A DNA stretch of 63,995 nucleotides, counting the filler, from Ionaspis alba (taxonomy: Eukaryota): NCBI GenBank assembly GCA_964255285.1. It is 13 parts of 13 records of this genome, joined end to end, with 100 filler letters (N's around TTAATTAATTAA, not from the genome) between each part and the next. Parts side by side here need not be neighbours in the genome. Positions count along the whole stretch, not along the records: positions 59,533 to 63,995 come from CAXUUL010001102.1; 12 more parts are not named here. The stretch is one strand, 5' to 3'. Positions 62,776-63,995 of the stretch are shown piece by piece. The notes under the pieces were generated by a model that worked only from the letters and a program-made list of their open reading frames with translations, did not search any database and was not told the origin of the DNA. Both the position numbers and the translations under genes were made by a program. Every line of letters starts with the position of its first letter. The stretch's first letter is position 1.

Positions 62776-63621
62776 ATGGCAGAAAGCCATAAAGTCCTCG
62801 ACCTCAGCCTGGCAGATGGGCGTGATTACATGCTAGATCGCAGCTATGCGGCGGCTGCCCGTCTTAATTTTCAACAATATCTCTGGAAGGAGTCTTTGCA
62901 GTTCAATATACACCCATCCATTCAAATTTCAGAGCACGATGCTCGCATCGCAGACGTGGCAACCGGAACGGCAATGTGGCTAATAGATCTGGCTAGAGAG
63001 CTGCCAAAGGCACAATTAGATGGCTTCGATATCAGCCTTGCCCAAGCTCCACACCAGCAATGGCTACCTGCGAACGTCAAACTGAGGACCTGGAACATCT
63101 TTGATGATGTGCCCGACGATCTGGTCGCAAAGTACGACATTGTCCACGTCAGACTACTTATCGTCGTCGTTAAGAACAGTGATCCTCGCCCAATAATCCG
63201 AAACCTGGCCAAAATGCTTTAGCCCGGCGGCTATTTGCAATGGGACGACCACGACCTTCGCGATACCTTCATCGAGACTGTCGACTCGTCAATACAGACA
63301 CCAGCATTACAAGAAGCCCGGACTATTCTGCACTCCAAAGGTCGAAATGACTGGACGCTCCAGCTAGACAAGATGTTTGCAGAAGAAGGACTCGAAGACA
63401 ACTATCTCTACCGCTATGGCGTTCCGATCGAGCTGGCGAGAGCCAATAGTGAGCAGCACTTGCTCGTCATGGATGAATTCGCGTCGCGTTTGGTGAATGA
63501 AGGCAATAAGGATGAAGGCGCAAAACTGTACCAGCTTCTTGAAGAAGCGTATCAAGAGATTTTGGCAGGAGCTGCTCTTTACCTACCGAGGCTAGTTTGC
63601 GTGGGCAGGAAAGCACAATAA
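62776..63621 (+). pseudogene. Class I SAM methyltransferase (LaeA/UMTA-like) with a single in-frame TAG
   Basis: YMLDR..RLNFQQ, IADVATGTAMW, LDGFDIS and YDIVHVRL, then ML*PGGYLQWD (TAG at 63220-63222 where the family has K of LKPGG); the frame continues to TAA at 63621. Confidence 0.8.
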
Positions 63622-63995
63622 GACTTAGGATGACGGAGGTGCGGTCTGACCCAGCGGGAACGAACAATGTGCTTTGAGCATGTAAAAGCCATGACATGGT
63701 CAACAGCGTGTGAGTGGGGATTGTTGATCACTATAGTACACGGAAAGCATGTGAACAACAGAAAGATCAAATCGTGACCAATCCATCAGCTTTCCTTCGA
63801 GGTAATGATAAAGTCATTGCAGAGGTAGGATGTAATCAAAAGGCCTTGCACGAAGATGGATGAGTAAGAATTCGTATACACTTACGCTGGTTGCCATAAA
63901 TCTGAAAGATTCGTGCCACGAACTAAAGGGGGGCCGACTTATACGCAGATGTCTCAGGGGACGTTCAGTGGGTTGCCAACTAAATGTTATGCAAC

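Noticed and set aside
1..63995. tRNA, rRNA, CRISPR arrays, transposase or reverse transcriptase genes
   Set aside because: None recognised by eye; tRNAscan-SE and Infernal would be needed to exclude small RNA genes.

Overview
This is filamentous ascomycete (Pezizomycotina) nuclear DNA with short GT-AG introns. It is not one locus: 13 unrelated ~4.8-5 kb scaffolds, sorted by decreasing length, are joined by 100-nt N44-TTAATTAATTAA-N44 linkers, so neighbourhood is meaningful only within a piece. About 30 genes or gene fragments can be modelled. They include DUF4202, CCC1, ERCC1/Rad10, an SRPK-like kinase, a type I phosphoglycerate dehydrogenase, a LAMTOR2-like roadblock protein, FAF1, LSB5, a Zn2Cys6 factor, a hemerythrin-like protein, Pth11-like proteins, a TPR-DnaJ, an AtrF-like PDR transporter, HSV2, CDC11, PLAC8, MAM33, a cAMP-receptor-like GPCR, a hydrolase and a methyltransferase with an in-frame TAG. 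The most novel-looking element is a tandem pair of spliced genes for secreted, putatively Kex2-processed precursors (poly-Gly/Lys-rich arm plus a 6-Cys domain), largely invisible in the ORF track, with a ~160-bp MITE-like hairpin between them. Other leads are an H/ACA-snoRNA-like structure in the long first intron of LSB5, a stem-loop directly after a TGA stop, a CBC:HapX-type motif upstream of CCC1 and recurrent sharp C-rich to G-rich skew switches inside genes. All family assignments are from motif recognition by eye; no searches were run.
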